64,000 nucleotides of DNA from Candidatus Heimdallarchaeum endolithica (GTDB taxonomy: Archaea; Asgardarchaeota; Heimdallarchaeia; Heimdallarchaeales; Heimdallarchaeaceae), in contig CP084167.1 of the NCBI GenBank assembly GCA_021513715.1, positions 3,136,001-3,200,000 of the forward strand, read 5' to 3'. The notes under the pieces are model-generated. The model searched no databases. It had not been told where the DNA came from and worked only from the letters and a program-made list of their open reading frames with translations. How positions within the stretch are numbered: position 1 is the stretch's first letter; each line of letters opens with the position of its first letter. Shown here piece after piece: positions 31,719 through 42,653 of the stretch. The position numbers were made by a program, and so were the translations under genes.

Positions 31719-32459
31719 ATGTGCAAATTATTACTGTTTCATTTTTGCTACTTTTTGACTAGTTCTGTTATTTTTTCATTTCATAACCTTTTTATTTTTT
31801 TAATCATTACTACTAAAAAAAGGTTGGAAAGTGTAAGATTGAGTGTTAGAAAGAATTCAGATTATTTTTTGCCTTCTGTTGTTATCCTTGCAGCAGGAGA
31901 ATCAAAAAGAATGGGAAAGCCAAAAGGATTGTTGGTGTATAAGGGTACCTTTTTTATCCAACACCAGATCAAATCGTTAAAAGAGATAGGTTTTGAAAAC
32001 ATAGTTGTTGTCCTAGGAAAAGATTACAGCCGTTATGTTGAACTAGTACCAAAATTAAAGAATGAGATTATTGTAAGAAATTTACAAACGGAGAAAGGTC
32101 AATTTTTTTCTATTCAATGTGGATTAAAAAAAGTTAGAGAATTTAGTGATGATGGAGTTTTTATTTTACCTATTGATGTTTCTTGTCCAAATAAAGAAAC
32201 TTGGAACAAGATTCTTGAAAATGTAGATGGTGTATCTGCAGTAATTCCTAGTTATAAAGGAAGAAGGGGTCATCCTGTATTTTTATCTCCTAAACTTATT
32301 GAGCATATATTATCTTGTACTAGTGAACACAGACTAGATTATGAATTGAAGAAACTAGAAAAAAGGAATAAAGTTCGTATTATTGATGTTAATGATAGAA
32401 AAGTTACACTCAATCTAAACACTTTAGAAGAATGGAAAAAGTACGTGAATGAGCAATGA
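31719..32459 (+). CDS. mocA: Molybdenum cofactor cytidylyltransferase (MocA/YgfJ-like); start probably TTG 31839
   Basis: VILAAGESKRMGKPKGLL, GQFFSIQCGL, PID, RRGHPV; ATGA overlap with xdh. Confidence 0.8.
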   Translation: MCKLLLFHFCYFLTSSVIFSFHNLFIFLIITTKKRLESVRLSVRKNSDYFLPSVVILAAGESKRMGKPKGLLVYKGTFFIQHQIKSLKEIGFENIVVVLGKDYSRYVELVPKLKNEIIVRNLQTEKGQFFSIQCGLKKVREFSDDGVFILPIDVSCPNKETWNKILENVDGVSAVIPSYKGRRGHPVFLSPKLIEHILSCTSEHRLDYELKKLEKRNKVRIIDVNDRKVTLNLNTLEEWKKYVNEQ

Positions 32460-35101
32460 AAGAAACAACATTTATTCTTAATGGAGAAAAAATAACAATA
32501 GAATATGAGGAAGGAATGAGTTTATTAGATGTTTTGAGAGAGAAATGTAATATCACAAGTTGTAAGGATGGGTGTTCAGGACAAGGATATTGTGGAGCAT
32601 GTACTGTTTTAATCGATGGAAAAGCTATGACTTCTTGTAATCGTGATCCTTCAAGTGTAAAAGGAAGAAGTATTGTTACTATTGAAGGTCTTGAAAAAGA
32701 AGAAAAATTATTGTTAGCTAATGCACTAGTAAAAGAAGGTGGAATACAATGTGGTTTTTGCACTCCTGGAATAATGTTGAGGATAAAGTCTTTTCTTGAT
32801 ACTCATCCTGAGTCAACAAGAGAAGAGAAAGCTAGAGCGCTAAGCCCAAATTTGTGCAGATGTACAGGTTATCAACGTATTTTGGATGCAATAGAAACTG
32901 CAGAAGAACATTGGAAAATAAAAACTCCTATTAATGTTGATGACCCTCCACGAAGAGCAGATTTTTTTGGAGAAAAATATGGTTTAAAGAGAGAATATGA
33001 ACCAAAGAAAGATGGTGTAGGATATAGTACAAAAAGATATCGTGGTTTAGATATGGCTCTGGGCCAAAAGCCATATATTGCAGATATGAAAGTAGAAGGG
33101 ATGCTTCATGGAGCTTTTTTGTTAAGTGAATATCCCAGGGCAAAGATAAAGAAAATTGATTTAACAGAAGCAGAAAAAGCTTGTGGAGTAGTAAAAATAT
33201 TTACTGCTAAAGATGTTCTTGGAAAAAGATTTGTTGGTCATATTATTCCTGATTGGCCAATTTTTGTAGATGAAGGAGAAACAACTCGCTATGTTGGCGA
33301 TGTTATAGCTATGGTAGTTGCAGATAGTATGTTTCATGCACGTGCGGCAGTAGAAAAAATAAAGGTGGAATATGAGGTTCTTGAACCATTAGACGATCCG
33401 ATAAAAGCTATGGAACCTACAGCAGAAAAAATACATGAGAATGGTAATATACTCAGCAGAACTGTTTTTAGTAGAGGAGATGTAGAAGAAGCTTTTAGGA
33501 ATTCAAAATATTTTGTTAAACAAGAATTTAGAACTCAAAGAATAGAACATGCGTTTCTAGAAGTAGAAGCTTCGCTTGTTATACCTACAGATAAAGGAGT
33601 TCATGTTTATAGTCAAGGACAGGGTGTACATGAAGATCAGAGACAAATAGCAGAAGTGCTAGGGTTAGAAAAAGAGAATGTAATAGTTGAACTGGTAACA
33701 AATGGTGGAGCTTTTGGTGGTAAAGAGGATCTCTCTGTCCAAGCCCAAACAGCTCTTGCAGCTTATCTCTTGAAGAAACCAGTGAAAACAGTTCTAACTA
33801 GGGAGCAATCTTTGAGAATGCATCCTAAACGCCATCCAATGACCATGCGATATGAAGTTGGAGCTGATGAAAATGGTAAGCTAACTGGAGCAAGGATAAG
33901 GATAATAGGTGATACTGGTGCTTATGCTTCTGTTGGAGGAGCAGTAGTTGAACGTGCTGCAGGGCATTCATGCGGGCCATATTATCTTCCTGCAGTAGAT
34001 GTAGATGCAACAGCTGTTTACACCAATAATCCTCCTTGTGGAGCTATGAGAGGATTTGGGGTAAATCAGACCTCTTTTGCAATAGAAACATGTTTGAACA
34101 TGATTGCTGCAATGATGAGAGATGATGGAAAAGAAATAGATGATTTTGATATAAGAGAACGAAACATCTTGAGAGAAGGAAAACGTTTTGCTACTGGACA
34201 AATAATGACAAAAACAGTTATTGGTTTACAGAAATGTTTAGATGCAGTTAAGGAGCAGTATAAGAATTATAAAGGACCAAAAGGTATCGCTTGTGGGATC
34301 AAGAACACAGGAATAGGTAACGCTCTCGAAGATACAGGTAGAGTATTAATCCGTGTTCTTGGAGACGAAAAGTTGGAAATATTAACTGGTTTTACTGAAA
34401 TGGGACAAGGATTATTTACTGTTTTAACGCAAGCAATTAGCGAAATAACAAATATCCACCCTTCAAAGATGGATGTAAAATCAATAAGTTACGATAAAAC
34501 AAAGTGTGGAATGACAACTGCTTCAAGAGCTACAGCACTTGATACTATGGCAGCAAAGTATGCTGCAGAAAAACTTGCAGAAGACCTAAGAAACCACTCT
34601 CTTAAGGAATTAATAGGAAAAGAGTATCATGGTGAGTATGTTACCAACATAACAGTTAAGCCAGGTACCCCAGTAGATAACCCAATTACACATTTAGCTT
34701 TTAGTTATGCAGTTCAAGTAGCTTTTCTTGATGAAAACGGGAAACTAAAGAAAATACTGGCTGCTCACGATGTGGGTAGAGCAGTAAATCCTTTAGCTGT
34801 TGCAGGTCAGATAGAAGGAGGAATACATATGGGTTTAGGTCACACTTTATCAGAGGACTTTCCAACAACAAAGAGTGTTCCAGTTTCATTAAAAATTAGA
34901 GATCTGCAAATATTAAAGGCTAAAGATACTCCAGAAATAGAAGTAATAATAATTGAAGAACCTGAAGAAATTGGTGGTTTTGGAGCAAAGGGTGTGGGAG
35001 AAATAGGTTTAGTACCAACTGCAGGAGCAGTAACAGGTGCGTTCTATCAATATGATAGAAAGTGGAGAACAGAGCTCCCTATAGCTAGAAAAAAAAGATG
35101 A
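32456..35101 (+). CDS. xdh: Selenium-dependent xanthine dehydrogenase-type molybdenum hydroxylase (2Fe-2S plus Moco fusion)
   Basis: KDGCSGQGYCGACTV, QCGFCTPG, NLCRCTGY, EHAFLE, GGAFGGKED, GAMRGFG, ACGIKNTGIGNALEDTGR, TTASR, AKGVGEIG. Confidence 0.85.
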   Translation: MKETTFILNGEKITIEYEEGMSLLDVLREKCNITSCKDGCSGQGYCGACTVLIDGKAMTSCNRDPSSVKGRSIVTIEGLEKEEKLLLANALVKEGGIQCGFCTPGIMLRIKSFLDTHPESTREEKARALSPNLCRCTGYQRILDAIETAEEHWKIKTPINVDDPPRRADFFGEKYGLKREYEPKKDGVGYSTKRYRGLDMALGQKPYIADMKVEGMLHGAFLLSEYPRAKIKKIDLTEAEKACGVVKIFTAKDVLGKRFVGHIIPDWPIFVDEGETTRYVGDVIAMVVADSMFHARAAVEKIKVEYEVLEPLDDPIKAMEPTAEKIHENGNILSRTVFSRGDVEEAFRNSKYFVKQEFRTQRIEHAFLEVEASLVIPTDKGVHVYSQGQGVHEDQRQIAEVLGLEKENVIVELVTNGGAFGGKEDLSVQAQTALAAYLLKKPVKTVLTREQSLRMHPKRHPMTMRYEVGADENGKLTGARIRIIGDTGAYASVGGAVVERAAGHSCGPYYLPAVDVDATAVYTNNPPCGAMRGFGVNQTSFAIETCLNMIAAMMRDDGKEIDDFDIRERNILREGKRFATGQIMTKTVIGLQKCLDAVKEQYKNYKGPKGIACGIKNTGIGNALEDTGRVLIRVLGDEKLEILTGFTEMGQGLFTVLTQAISEITNIHPSKMDVKSISYDKTKCGMTTASRATALDTMAAKYAAEKLAEDLRNHSLKELIGKEYHGEYVTNITVKPGTPVDNPITHLAFSYAVQVAFLDENGKLKKILAAHDVGRAVNPLAVAGQIEGGIHMGLGHTLSEDFPTTKSVPVSLKIRDLQILKAKDTPEIEVIIIEEPEEIGGFGAKGVGEIGLVPTAGAVTGAFYQYDRKWRTELPIARKKR

Positions 35102-35110
35102 GGGTTAAAA

Positions 35111-36316
35111 ATGAAAGATAATGTAATGGAAAAAGTTGAAGAATACAAAAAAGATATGTATGAATTTCTAAGGGATATGATTCGCATTCCCAGTACAAGC
35201 GGGAAAGAAAAAGACTTAATTGAACGTATAAAGCAAGAAATGGAAAAATTAGGTTATGATGAGATAAAAATAGATAAAATGGGTAACATTCTAGGAAAGA
35301 TAGGAAATGGAAAACATGTTATAGCTTTTGACGCACATATCGACACTGTAGATGTGGGAAATAGAGAAAATTGGACACACGATCCTTATGAAGGATATGA
35401 AGACGACGAAATAATCTATGGAAGAGGAGCAAGTGATCAAGAGGGTGGCTTTGCTTGTATGGTCTATGCTGGAAAAATAATCAAAGATTTAGATATAACC
35501 GGAGATACCACTGTTTGGATAGTAGGCTCTGTTCAGGAAGAAGACTGTGATGGACTATGTTGGCACCATATTTTGACTGAAAAAGTTATTGAACCTGAAT
35601 TTGTAGTTTTAACTGAACCAACATCCTTGAAAGTAAATAGAGGACAGAGAGGGAGAATGGAAATAAAAGTAACAACTACAGGAATAAGTGCTCATGGTTC
35701 TGCTCCAGAAAGAGGAGAAAATGCTATCTATAAAATGGCTAAAATCATTCAAGAGTTGGAAAAGCTACATGGAGAACTAAAAAATGATGAATTTCTAGGA
35801 AAAGGTTCTTTAACTGTAACAGAAATATTTTCAAGTTCACCATCAAGATGCGCTGTAGCAGATGGATGTAGTATATCAGTAGATAGAAGGTTAACTTTTG
35901 GAGAAACTAAAGAAACATCTCTAAATGAGATCAAAAATCTTCCTTCTGTGAAAAAATACAACGCAAAAGTAGAAATGTACACATACAATGAACCTTCTTA
36001 CACTGGTCATCGCACTCTGGTTGATAGTTACTTCCCCACTTGGGTTTTAGAAGAAGACCATCCTCTGTGTGGAATGATGGTAGAAACCGCAGAAGAAGTA
36101 ATGGGAAAGAAGCCACTTTTAGATAAATGGACATTCTCCACAAATGGAGTATATATTATGGGAATGCACAATGTTCCTTGCATAGGCTTTGGCCCTGGAC
36201 ATGAGGAAGAAGCTCATGCACCTAACGAAAAAACGTTTAAGAAAGAGTTAGATATTGCTACAGCGGTTTATGCATTAATTCCAACGAAATATTCTGAAAT
36301 GATGAAGAAAGAATAG
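35111..36316 (+). CDS. ygeY: YgeY-family M20 hydrolase
   Basis: [62 protein letters not shown]. Confidence 0.92.
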   Translation: MKDNVMEKVEEYKKDMYEFLRDMIRIPSTSGKEKDLIERIKQEMEKLGYDEIKIDKMGNILGKIGNGKHVIAFDAHIDTVDVGNRENWTHDPYEGYEDDEIIYGRGASDQEGGFACMVYAGKIIKDLDITGDTTVWIVGSVQEEDCDGLCWHHILTEKVIEPEFVVLTEPTSLKVNRGQRGRMEIKVTTTGISAHGSAPERGENAIYKMAKIIQELEKLHGELKNDEFLGKGSLTVTEIFSSSPSRCAVADGCSISVDRRLTFGETKETSLNEIKNLPSVKKYNAKVEMYTYNEPSYTGHRTLVDSYFPTWVLEEDHPLCGMMVETAEEVMGKKPLLDKWTFSTNGVYIMGMHNVPCIGFGPGHEEEAHAPNEKTFKKELDIATAVYALIPTKYSEMMKKE

Positions 36317-36336
36317 AAATAAAAAGAAAAAAATAG

Positions 36337-37311
36337 GTGAGAAATATGAGATCTAAATTAAGAGGAAAAGATTTTATCACTTTACGTGATTGGACAAAAG
36401 AAGAAATAGATACTTTACTCGAAGTGTCTTTTGAATTAAAAGAGAAATTCTTGAAAGGAGAACCTACACCTTATCTACCCTATAAAACCATTTTTTTGAT
36501 GTTTTTTGAACAATCTACAAGAACCAGAAACTCTATGGAAGCAGGAATAGCCCAGTTGGGAGGACATGCTAATTATCTTGATACTTCTACAATGCAAATA
36601 TCTCATGGAGAAGTAGCAAAAGATACTGCTTCAGTACTTTCAAGATATGGTCATGCAATAGCTTGCAGAAACTGCTTCTGGGGAATAGGAAACAAGTATT
36701 TGAACAATATGGCTAAACACTCAAGAGTTCCTATCATGAGTCTTCAAGATGATCTTTATCATCCAATGCAAGGAATAGCTGACCTTATGACAATTATTGA
36801 GAAGAAAAAAGAAACAAAAAACCTCAAAGTTTCAATAATCTGGGCTTATGCTACATCACATAAGAAACCCATTTCAGTACCACTTACACAATGTTTACTT
36901 TTTCCAAGATATGGGATGGATGTGACTTTAGCTTATCCTGAAGGATTTGAGATGCCCGATTGGGTAATAGAAGAAGCTAAAAAGAATGCTGAAGAAAATG
37001 GAGGATCATTTAGAATAACTCATGATATGGAAGAAGCTTATAGAGACGCAGACGTAGTAATACCTAAAAACTGGGGAAGCTGGAGTGGCAAAAAAGGAGA
37101 TGTAGAAATAAGTCAGTTTAAAGATTGGAAATGTACTGAAGAGATAATGAAACTAGCGAAAAAAGATGTAATCTACATGCATGCTCTACCAGCTGATAGG
37201 GGAAATGAAGTAGATGATTCAGTGATAGACGGTCCTAATTCAGTTATCTATGATGAAGCTGAAAACAGACTACATACAGCAAAAGCAGTTATGTGGCTAA
37301 CGATGGGATAA
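36337..37311 (+). CDS. YgeW-like (knotted) carbamoyltransferase
   Basis: STRTR, QISHGE, HPMQ..AD, WAYATSHKKPISVP, PKNWG, MHALPAD, EAENRLH. Confidence 0.8.
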   Translation: MRNMRSKLRGKDFITLRDWTKEEIDTLLEVSFELKEKFLKGEPTPYLPYKTIFLMFFEQSTRTRNSMEAGIAQLGGHANYLDTSTMQISHGEVAKDTASVLSRYGHAIACRNCFWGIGNKYLNNMAKHSRVPIMSLQDDLYHPMQGIADLMTIIEKKKETKNLKVSIIWAYATSHKKPISVPLTQCLLFPRYGMDVTLAYPEGFEMPDWVIEEAKKNAEENGGSFRITHDMEEAYRDADVVIPKNWGSWSGKKGDVEISQFKDWKCTEEIMKLAKKDVIYMHALPADRGNEVDDSVIDGPNSVIYDEAENRLHTAKAVMWLTMG

Positions 37312-37340
37312 GAAAAATAAACTTATTTCTTTTTTTTTGT

Positions 37341-38804
37341 TTATATTAATCCCACTTCTTCATTAAATTGATTAATCAATTCATCAATTTTATCAAGGTA
37401 AGTGCGTAATTCTTTCCAGTAGGAGTCGTTGTACCACTGTTCATTAAGTTCTTCTAACTGCCTTCCTTGTTGCTCAATCCAAGTGAAATATTTGAGGTTG
37501 TGTATCCTTCTTTTTTGTGGATAAGTAAGTTCAAGTAAGTTATCTAACTTTTGACCATGTAAACTGAGATGAAAGTCTTTAATTGCATCTCTAACGTTGT
37601 AATCTCCATATTTTTGTCTCATCTCTAAAATCCTAGACTGGTAAAGTTCCATGCTATCCGTGAATACTGTGAGTACAACATCTTCTCTTGTAAGTTCATA
37701 ATATTTTGAGAATTTTATTGCCATAAGCATGTTAGCAATACTGGATAGACCCAACAAATCAAGTTTACTTACGATTTCTTCTGAAACTCCTTGTTCAACC
37801 AGATATTTCTTTCCTTCTTCTTTATTGAAAAGACGCATAATGGACATTACATCTCTGTCATCGATTGCAATAACCATGTCTGTGTTTTTGACATTATGAA
37901 TCCATGGAATGTGTTTATCCCCTATCCCCTCAATTGAATGCGCTCCAAAGCCATTTAGTAACATTGTTGGACATTGTAAAGCTTCTCCTGCAGCAATTTT
38001 TGATGAAGGATATAATTCCTTGAGGAAATCTCCAACAGCAATAGTTCCAGCTGAGCCAGTTGTTAAAGTAACACCACGATACCTTCCTCCACCAAGTTCT
38101 TTGTTTAAAACTTCTTTGAAAGCATTTCCAGTGACATCATAGTGGAATAGAGAGTTTCCGAATTCTTCGAATTGATTAAAAACAAAAATATTTTCTCTCT
38201 CTGCTCTTAATTCCCAGACTTTGTCGTAGATTTCTTTCACATTACTTTCTGAACCAGGAGTAGCAATAATCTCTCCAGCAACAGTTTTGAGCCAGTTAAA
38301 CCTTTCTTGAGACATCTCTTCTGGAAGGATAGCTATAGATTCACAAGCTAGTAAAGAAGCTACGTAAGCTCCTCCTCTACAGTAATTCCCTGTACTTGGC
38401 CACACAGCTTTCATTCTCTTAACATCAAAAGATCCAGAAACTAAATAAGGCGCTAAACAACCAAAAGTAGCACCTACCTTATGAGCACCAGTGGGAAAAT
38501 ACTTCCCAACCAAAGCAATGATTCTAGCTTCAACTCCAGTTAATTCAGGAGGAAGCTCAATGTAGTTAGGTCCTCCAAAACCTCCTCCGAATTTAACAGG
38601 TTCATTTTTCCAAGTTATTCTGAAGAGATTTCGTGGATGAATATCCCATAAACCTATCTCTTTTAGTTCTTCTTTAATAGAGGAAGGTATAAGTTCTGGA
38701 TTCCTCATTTGTGCAAAAGTAGGAATAATAATATCTCTCTCTTTTATTCTTTCAATGTTCTCCTTTCTGGTTTCAGAGTTAATATCTAAAGGAATTAATG
38801 TCAT
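37341..38804 (-). CDS. PLP-dependent fold-type II enzyme (possible ammonia-lyase)
   Basis: FPTGAHKVGA (PLP Lys), WPSTGNYCRGG, TTGSAGT, HSIEGIGDKHIPW. Confidence 0.8.
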   Translation of the reverse strand: MTLIPLDINSETRKENIERIKERDIIIPTFAQMRNPELIPSSIKEELKEIGLWDIHPRNLFRITWKNEPVKFGGGFGGPNYIELPPELTGVEARIIALVGKYFPTGAHKVGATFGCLAPYLVSGSFDVKRMKAVWPSTGNYCRGGAYVASLLACESIAILPEEMSQERFNWLKTVAGEIIATPGSESNVKEIYDKVWELRAERENIFVFNQFEEFGNSLFHYDVTGNAFKEVLNKELGGGRYRGVTLTTGSAGTIAVGDFLKELYPSSKIAAGEALQCPTMLLNGFGAHSIEGIGDKHIPWIHNVKNTDMVIAIDDRDVMSIMRLFNKEEGKKYLVEQGVSEEIVSKLDLLGLSSIANMLMAIKFSKYYELTREDVVLTVFTDSMELYQSRILEMRQKYGDYNVRDAIKDFHLSLHGQKLDNLLELTYPQKRRIHNLKYFTWIEQQGRQLEELNEQWYNDSYWKELRTYLDKIDELINQFNEEVGLI

Positions 38805-38898
38805 TAATTAGTTAAAAATAAAATCTATATTAAATTGTTTGTATTGAAAACAGAAACTCAACCAAAACTATATTTGTGAAAAATTTAAAATCAAATTA

Positions 38899-40230
38899 AT
38901 GTATAGTTTAGGATTAATAAATGGCTTAGTTTATAGAAATGGTTCCTTAACTCATGAAAATATCTACATAAGCGGAGAAAGAATCAAGAAAATCACACCT
39001 AACAAGGAAAAATATGACTGTAGTGAAGAAATAAATTGTGAAGGAAAGATAATTCTTCCAGGTTTTATTGACCCTCATGTACATCTAAATTTAAATCTTG
39101 GAGAGTTTATCTCTACAGATAGTTACGAAAGTGGTTCTATTGCAGCAGCTTTTGGAGGAGTTACAACATTTATCGACTTTTTAGAACCAATAAGTTTTGT
39201 TAGTGAATTTAAAGAAAAGTTTGATCAAAAAATTGAAGAGTCAAAACTTTCCCATATTGACTTTAGTTTTCATACAACAGTAGGAAATTATAAAGACAAA
39301 GTGGATGAATTAGCAAAAATTTCTCTAAAACATGGTATCCCCTCAATTAAACTCTTTACTACTTACTCTGAAAGTGATAGAAAGATTTCAGATAAAAAAC
39401 TAAAAGAATTGTTACAACTTTCCAAGGTTGAAAATTTATTAATCTTAATTCATGCAGAGAACGACAATATAATTTTAAATTCAAAAAACTATGAAATATT
39501 AAGCCAATATGAAAGTTCCAGACCTGTAGACGCAGAGTTAAAGGAAGTTGAGAAACTTTCAACTTTAATTAAAGAAACGGAGGGAAGAGCGTATATTGTT
39601 CATTTAACTACTGGCACAGCTTTAGAATTTATGAAAGAAAATTATAATGATTTATTAGGAAAAAACCTTTTTTTAGAGAGTTGTCCGCAGTATTTTTGGC
39701 TAACTCGGGAAGTGTACAAAAAAGATGATGGAAGGCTGTTTTTACTTGCTCCTCCTCTGCGTTCAAAAGAAGAACAAGAAAAATTAAGGAAAAACATTGA
39801 TCTTATTCATTCTATTGGTACTGATCATTGCCCTTTCACAAAGGAAGAAAAGTACAGATATTCTGAAGTTAGTAAAGTTCCAAAAGGAATAGGAGGAATT
39901 GAATATAGTTTTTCACTAATGTACAACCTTTTTGGTACAAGCATTATGGATAAGTTCACTATAAATCCTGCAAAAATACACGGTCTCTTTCCCCAAAAGG
40001 GCGTTATACAAGAAGGTTCTGATGCTGACTTGGTCATTTTTGATCCAAACAGAGAATTAACTATAGATGCAGGACACTCTAATTCAGATTATAGTCCTTA
40101 TGAAGGAATAAAAGTTAGAGGAATTGTAGAAAGTACGATTCAAAGAGGACAATTTTTAGTTAAAGAGAGAAAATTTGTGGGAAAAAATGTTAGAGGAAAC
40201 TATCTGAAAAGAAAACATTATAATTTCTAA
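38899..40230 (+). CDS. hyuA: Dihydropyrimidinase/D-hydantoinase family amidohydrolase
   Basis: PGFIDPHVH, AAAFGGVTT, IHAEN, YIVHL, ESCPQY, APPLR, GTDHCPF, NPAKIHGLFPQKG. Confidence 0.8.
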   Translation: MYSLGLINGLVYRNGSLTHENIYISGERIKKITPNKEKYDCSEEINCEGKIILPGFIDPHVHLNLNLGEFISTDSYESGSIAAAFGGVTTFIDFLEPISFVSEFKEKFDQKIEESKLSHIDFSFHTTVGNYKDKVDELAKISLKHGIPSIKLFTTYSESDRKISDKKLKELLQLSKVENLLILIHAENDNIILNSKNYEILSQYESSRPVDAELKEVEKLSTLIKETEGRAYIVHLTTGTALEFMKENYNDLLGKNLFLESCPQYFWLTREVYKKDDGRLFLLAPPLRSKEEQEKLRKNIDLIHSIGTDHCPFTKEEKYRYSEVSKVPKGIGGIEYSFSLMYNLFGTSIMDKFTINPAKIHGLFPQKGVIQEGSDADLVIFDPNRELTIDAGHSNSDYSPYEGIKVRGIVESTIQRGQFLVKERKFVGKNVRGNYLKRKHYNF

Positions 40231-40237
40231 AACTATC

Positions 40238-41548
40238 GTGATGTATATGATAGCTATTGTTAACGTGAAAATCTATGACTATGATACATACATTGATGAC
40301 GGTTATTGCTTGTTTAATGAAAAAATAGTTGAAGTAGGTTCAATGGATGATTTCAGAAAAAATGATGAAATTGAGCAAGTAATAGACGGTAAAAACAAGC
40401 TTCTTCTTCCTGGTTTAGTCAATTTTCACACACATATTTATTCTACATTAGTAAGAGGAGCTTCCATACCTTTCAACCCCACAAGCTTTAAAGAATTGTT
40501 AGAGCAACTTTGGTGGAAGTTTGACAGTCAATTAGATAATCCAACAATTTATTATAGTGGGTTAGTTTATGGAATAGAATCACTGAAAAATGGAGTTACA
40601 TCTCTTATAGACCATCATGCAAGTGGAATAGATATTAAAGGCAGTTTAACTGAATTAAAAAAGGCAATAGTTGAAACTTTAGGAATGAGAGGTATTTTCT
40701 GTTTTGAAACAAGTGACAGGTTTGATATTGAGGAATGTATAGAAGAAAATCTCACAGGATTAACTTTTAATTCTTCAGAGGCTAAAGGAATGTTTGGTTT
40801 GCATGCTTCGATGAGCTTATCTAATGAAACTTTAGAGAAAATAAGTAAAATAATCGAAAAAAATCCTATACATGTTCATGTAGCAGAAAGTAAAGAAGAT
40901 GAAGAAGATTCTTTATCTAAATACGGTAAAAGAGTGGTAGAAAGATATAATGATTATAATTTGATTAATGAAAAATCGATTTTTGCCCATTGTGTTCATA
41001 TTGATGAAAAAGAAGCAGAAATAATGAGTAAAAAAGGAGCATATATAGCTCTTAATCCAACTTCTAATCTCAATAATGCTGTGGGATTTTTCAACTACAC
41101 CCTTTACAAGAAATTCAATATTCCTATTTTGATAGGTACAGATGGTCTGGGTACAAATATTGCAAAAGAGTGGACAAATCTGTTCTACTTGGGAAAGGCA
41201 GGGATGAAAAATCCTGTGGGAATAAGTTTAGATGAAATAAAAGAATATATTGTTCATTCTTACGAATATTTTGGCCAAATGATAGGTATAAAAATAGGAA
41301 AAATAAAACAAGACTTTGTAGCTGATTTACTATTGGTTGACTACATTCATCCTACAACATTGGATGAGAATAACGTTTTTGGCCATTTATTCTTTGGCTT
41401 ATTCGATAATTTTAAACCTTCTTGGGTATTTGTAAAAGGTAAGCCTCTAATAAAAGAATACAAAAGTATTTTCGATGAAGATAGAATCTATCAAGAAGCA
41501 GTTGAAGTTTCTAAAAAACTATGGGAGAGAATAGAAAAAATAAATTAA
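40238..41548 (+). CDS. ssnA: SsnA-like amidohydrolase
   Basis: PGLVNFHTHIYS, LEQLWWKFD, NGVTSLIDHHAS, FETSDR, FGLHAS, HVHVAES, NPTSNLNNAVG, GTDG. Confidence 0.85.
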   Translation: MMYMIAIVNVKIYDYDTYIDDGYCLFNEKIVEVGSMDDFRKNDEIEQVIDGKNKLLLPGLVNFHTHIYSTLVRGASIPFNPTSFKELLEQLWWKFDSQLDNPTIYYSGLVYGIESLKNGVTSLIDHHASGIDIKGSLTELKKAIVETLGMRGIFCFETSDRFDIEECIEENLTGLTFNSSEAKGMFGLHASMSLSNETLEKISKIIEKNPIHVHVAESKEDEEDSLSKYGKRVVERYNDYNLINEKSIFAHCVHIDEKEAEIMSKKGAYIALNPTSNLNNAVGFFNYTLYKKFNIPILIGTDGLGTNIAKEWTNLFYLGKAGMKNPVGISLDEIKEYIVHSYEYFGQMIGIKIGKIKQDFVADLLLVDYIHPTTLDENNVFGHLFFGLFDNFKPSWVFVKGKPLIKEYKSIFDEDRIYQEAVEVSKKLWERIEKIN

Positions 41549-42637
41549 TTGGAAAGTGAAAAAATGGATTTGTCAATAGATCTATTGGGGAAAAAATTTT
41601 CTAATCCTTTAGGTCCCGCTGCAGGACCTCTATGTGAAGGAATAGAAAATATGCTATTTTTTAATGATAATTCTTGTGGTTATATGGTTTCAAAGACTAT
41701 TTCAATAGAAGGAGCAATAGTGAAGAAACCTTGTATAGCAGGTACATCAAACACAATTTATAACAGAGAATTATGGTCAGAACTACATTCTGATGAGTGG
41801 ATAGAAACTATTTTACCAAAAGTTTTCACAGAGAAAAAGAAACCGCTAATCATAAGTGCAGGGTATAAAGAGGAAGATTTCAAGTATTTAATTCCAAAAC
41901 TTGATCCTTTTGCTGATTTCTTTGAAATTTCCACACATTATGTGAAAGAAAATCTCGATGGAATTGTAAGAAGTATAAGGGAAAATACTGATAAACCAAT
42001 TTTTATGAAACTCAGCCCACATGTAACAGACTATTTGGGTTTCGTAAAGAAAGTTATTGGTGCTGGAGCTACAGGAATTGTAGCAATAAACTCTTTAGGA
42101 CCAGCTACAGCAGTAGACCTGAAGAACCTTTCTCTCTTACTCGGAGATGAAGTATGGATAAGTGGACCAGCAATCAAACCTATAGCTCTACATAGAGTAT
42201 ATCACATAAGAAAAGCTTTTCCAGATATACCTATTATCGGAGTAGGAGGAATAGCAAAAGCTGAAGATGTGCTAGAATTTATTTTTGCAGGAGCTGACTT
42301 GGTTCAAATGCTTTCTTCTGCATTAATTAAGGGGAGATATCTTTACGATAAAATAGTGAAAGATCTACCTAAAGCATTGGAAAAGTATGGTTTTTCATCA
42401 ATTGAAGAAATAAGAAAAGTAAGGAAGGAGACTATTTTCAAAGTTGAAGAAGAAAAAGAGAATAATTTTCCAGAATTTAATGAAAAGTGCACATTATGTG
42501 GTCTTTGCGTGAAAATATGTCCTGCTGGAGCATTATCTGAGGATGGAAAAATTATTGTTGACAAAAACAAATGTATCCAGTGTGGTTTATGTGAATCTCG
42601 TTGTCCTTATGATGCAATTAGTGGAGTTTTAATATAA
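41549..42637 (+). CDS. Dihydroorotate/dihydropyrimidine-dehydrogenase-like FMN protein with C-terminal 2x[4Fe-4S] (PreA-like)
   Basis: NPLGPAAGP, MKLSP, AINS, SGPAIKPIAL, IIGVGGI, GADLVQ; CTLCGLCVKICP and CIQCGLCESRCP. Confidence 0.8.
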   Translation: MESEKMDLSIDLLGKKFSNPLGPAAGPLCEGIENMLFFNDNSCGYMVSKTISIEGAIVKKPCIAGTSNTIYNRELWSELHSDEWIETILPKVFTEKKKPLIISAGYKEEDFKYLIPKLDPFADFFEISTHYVKENLDGIVRSIRENTDKPIFMKLSPHVTDYLGFVKKVIGAGATGIVAINSLGPATAVDLKNLSLLLGDEVWISGPAIKPIALHRVYHIRKAFPDIPIIGVGGIAKAEDVLEFIFAGADLVQMLSSALIKGRYLYDKIVKDLPKALEKYGFSSIEEIRKVRKETIFKVEEEKENNFPEFNEKCTLCGLCVKICPAGALSEDGKIIVDKNKCIQCGLCESRCPYDAISGVLI

Positions 42638-42653
42638 AAATAGAGGAATTCAA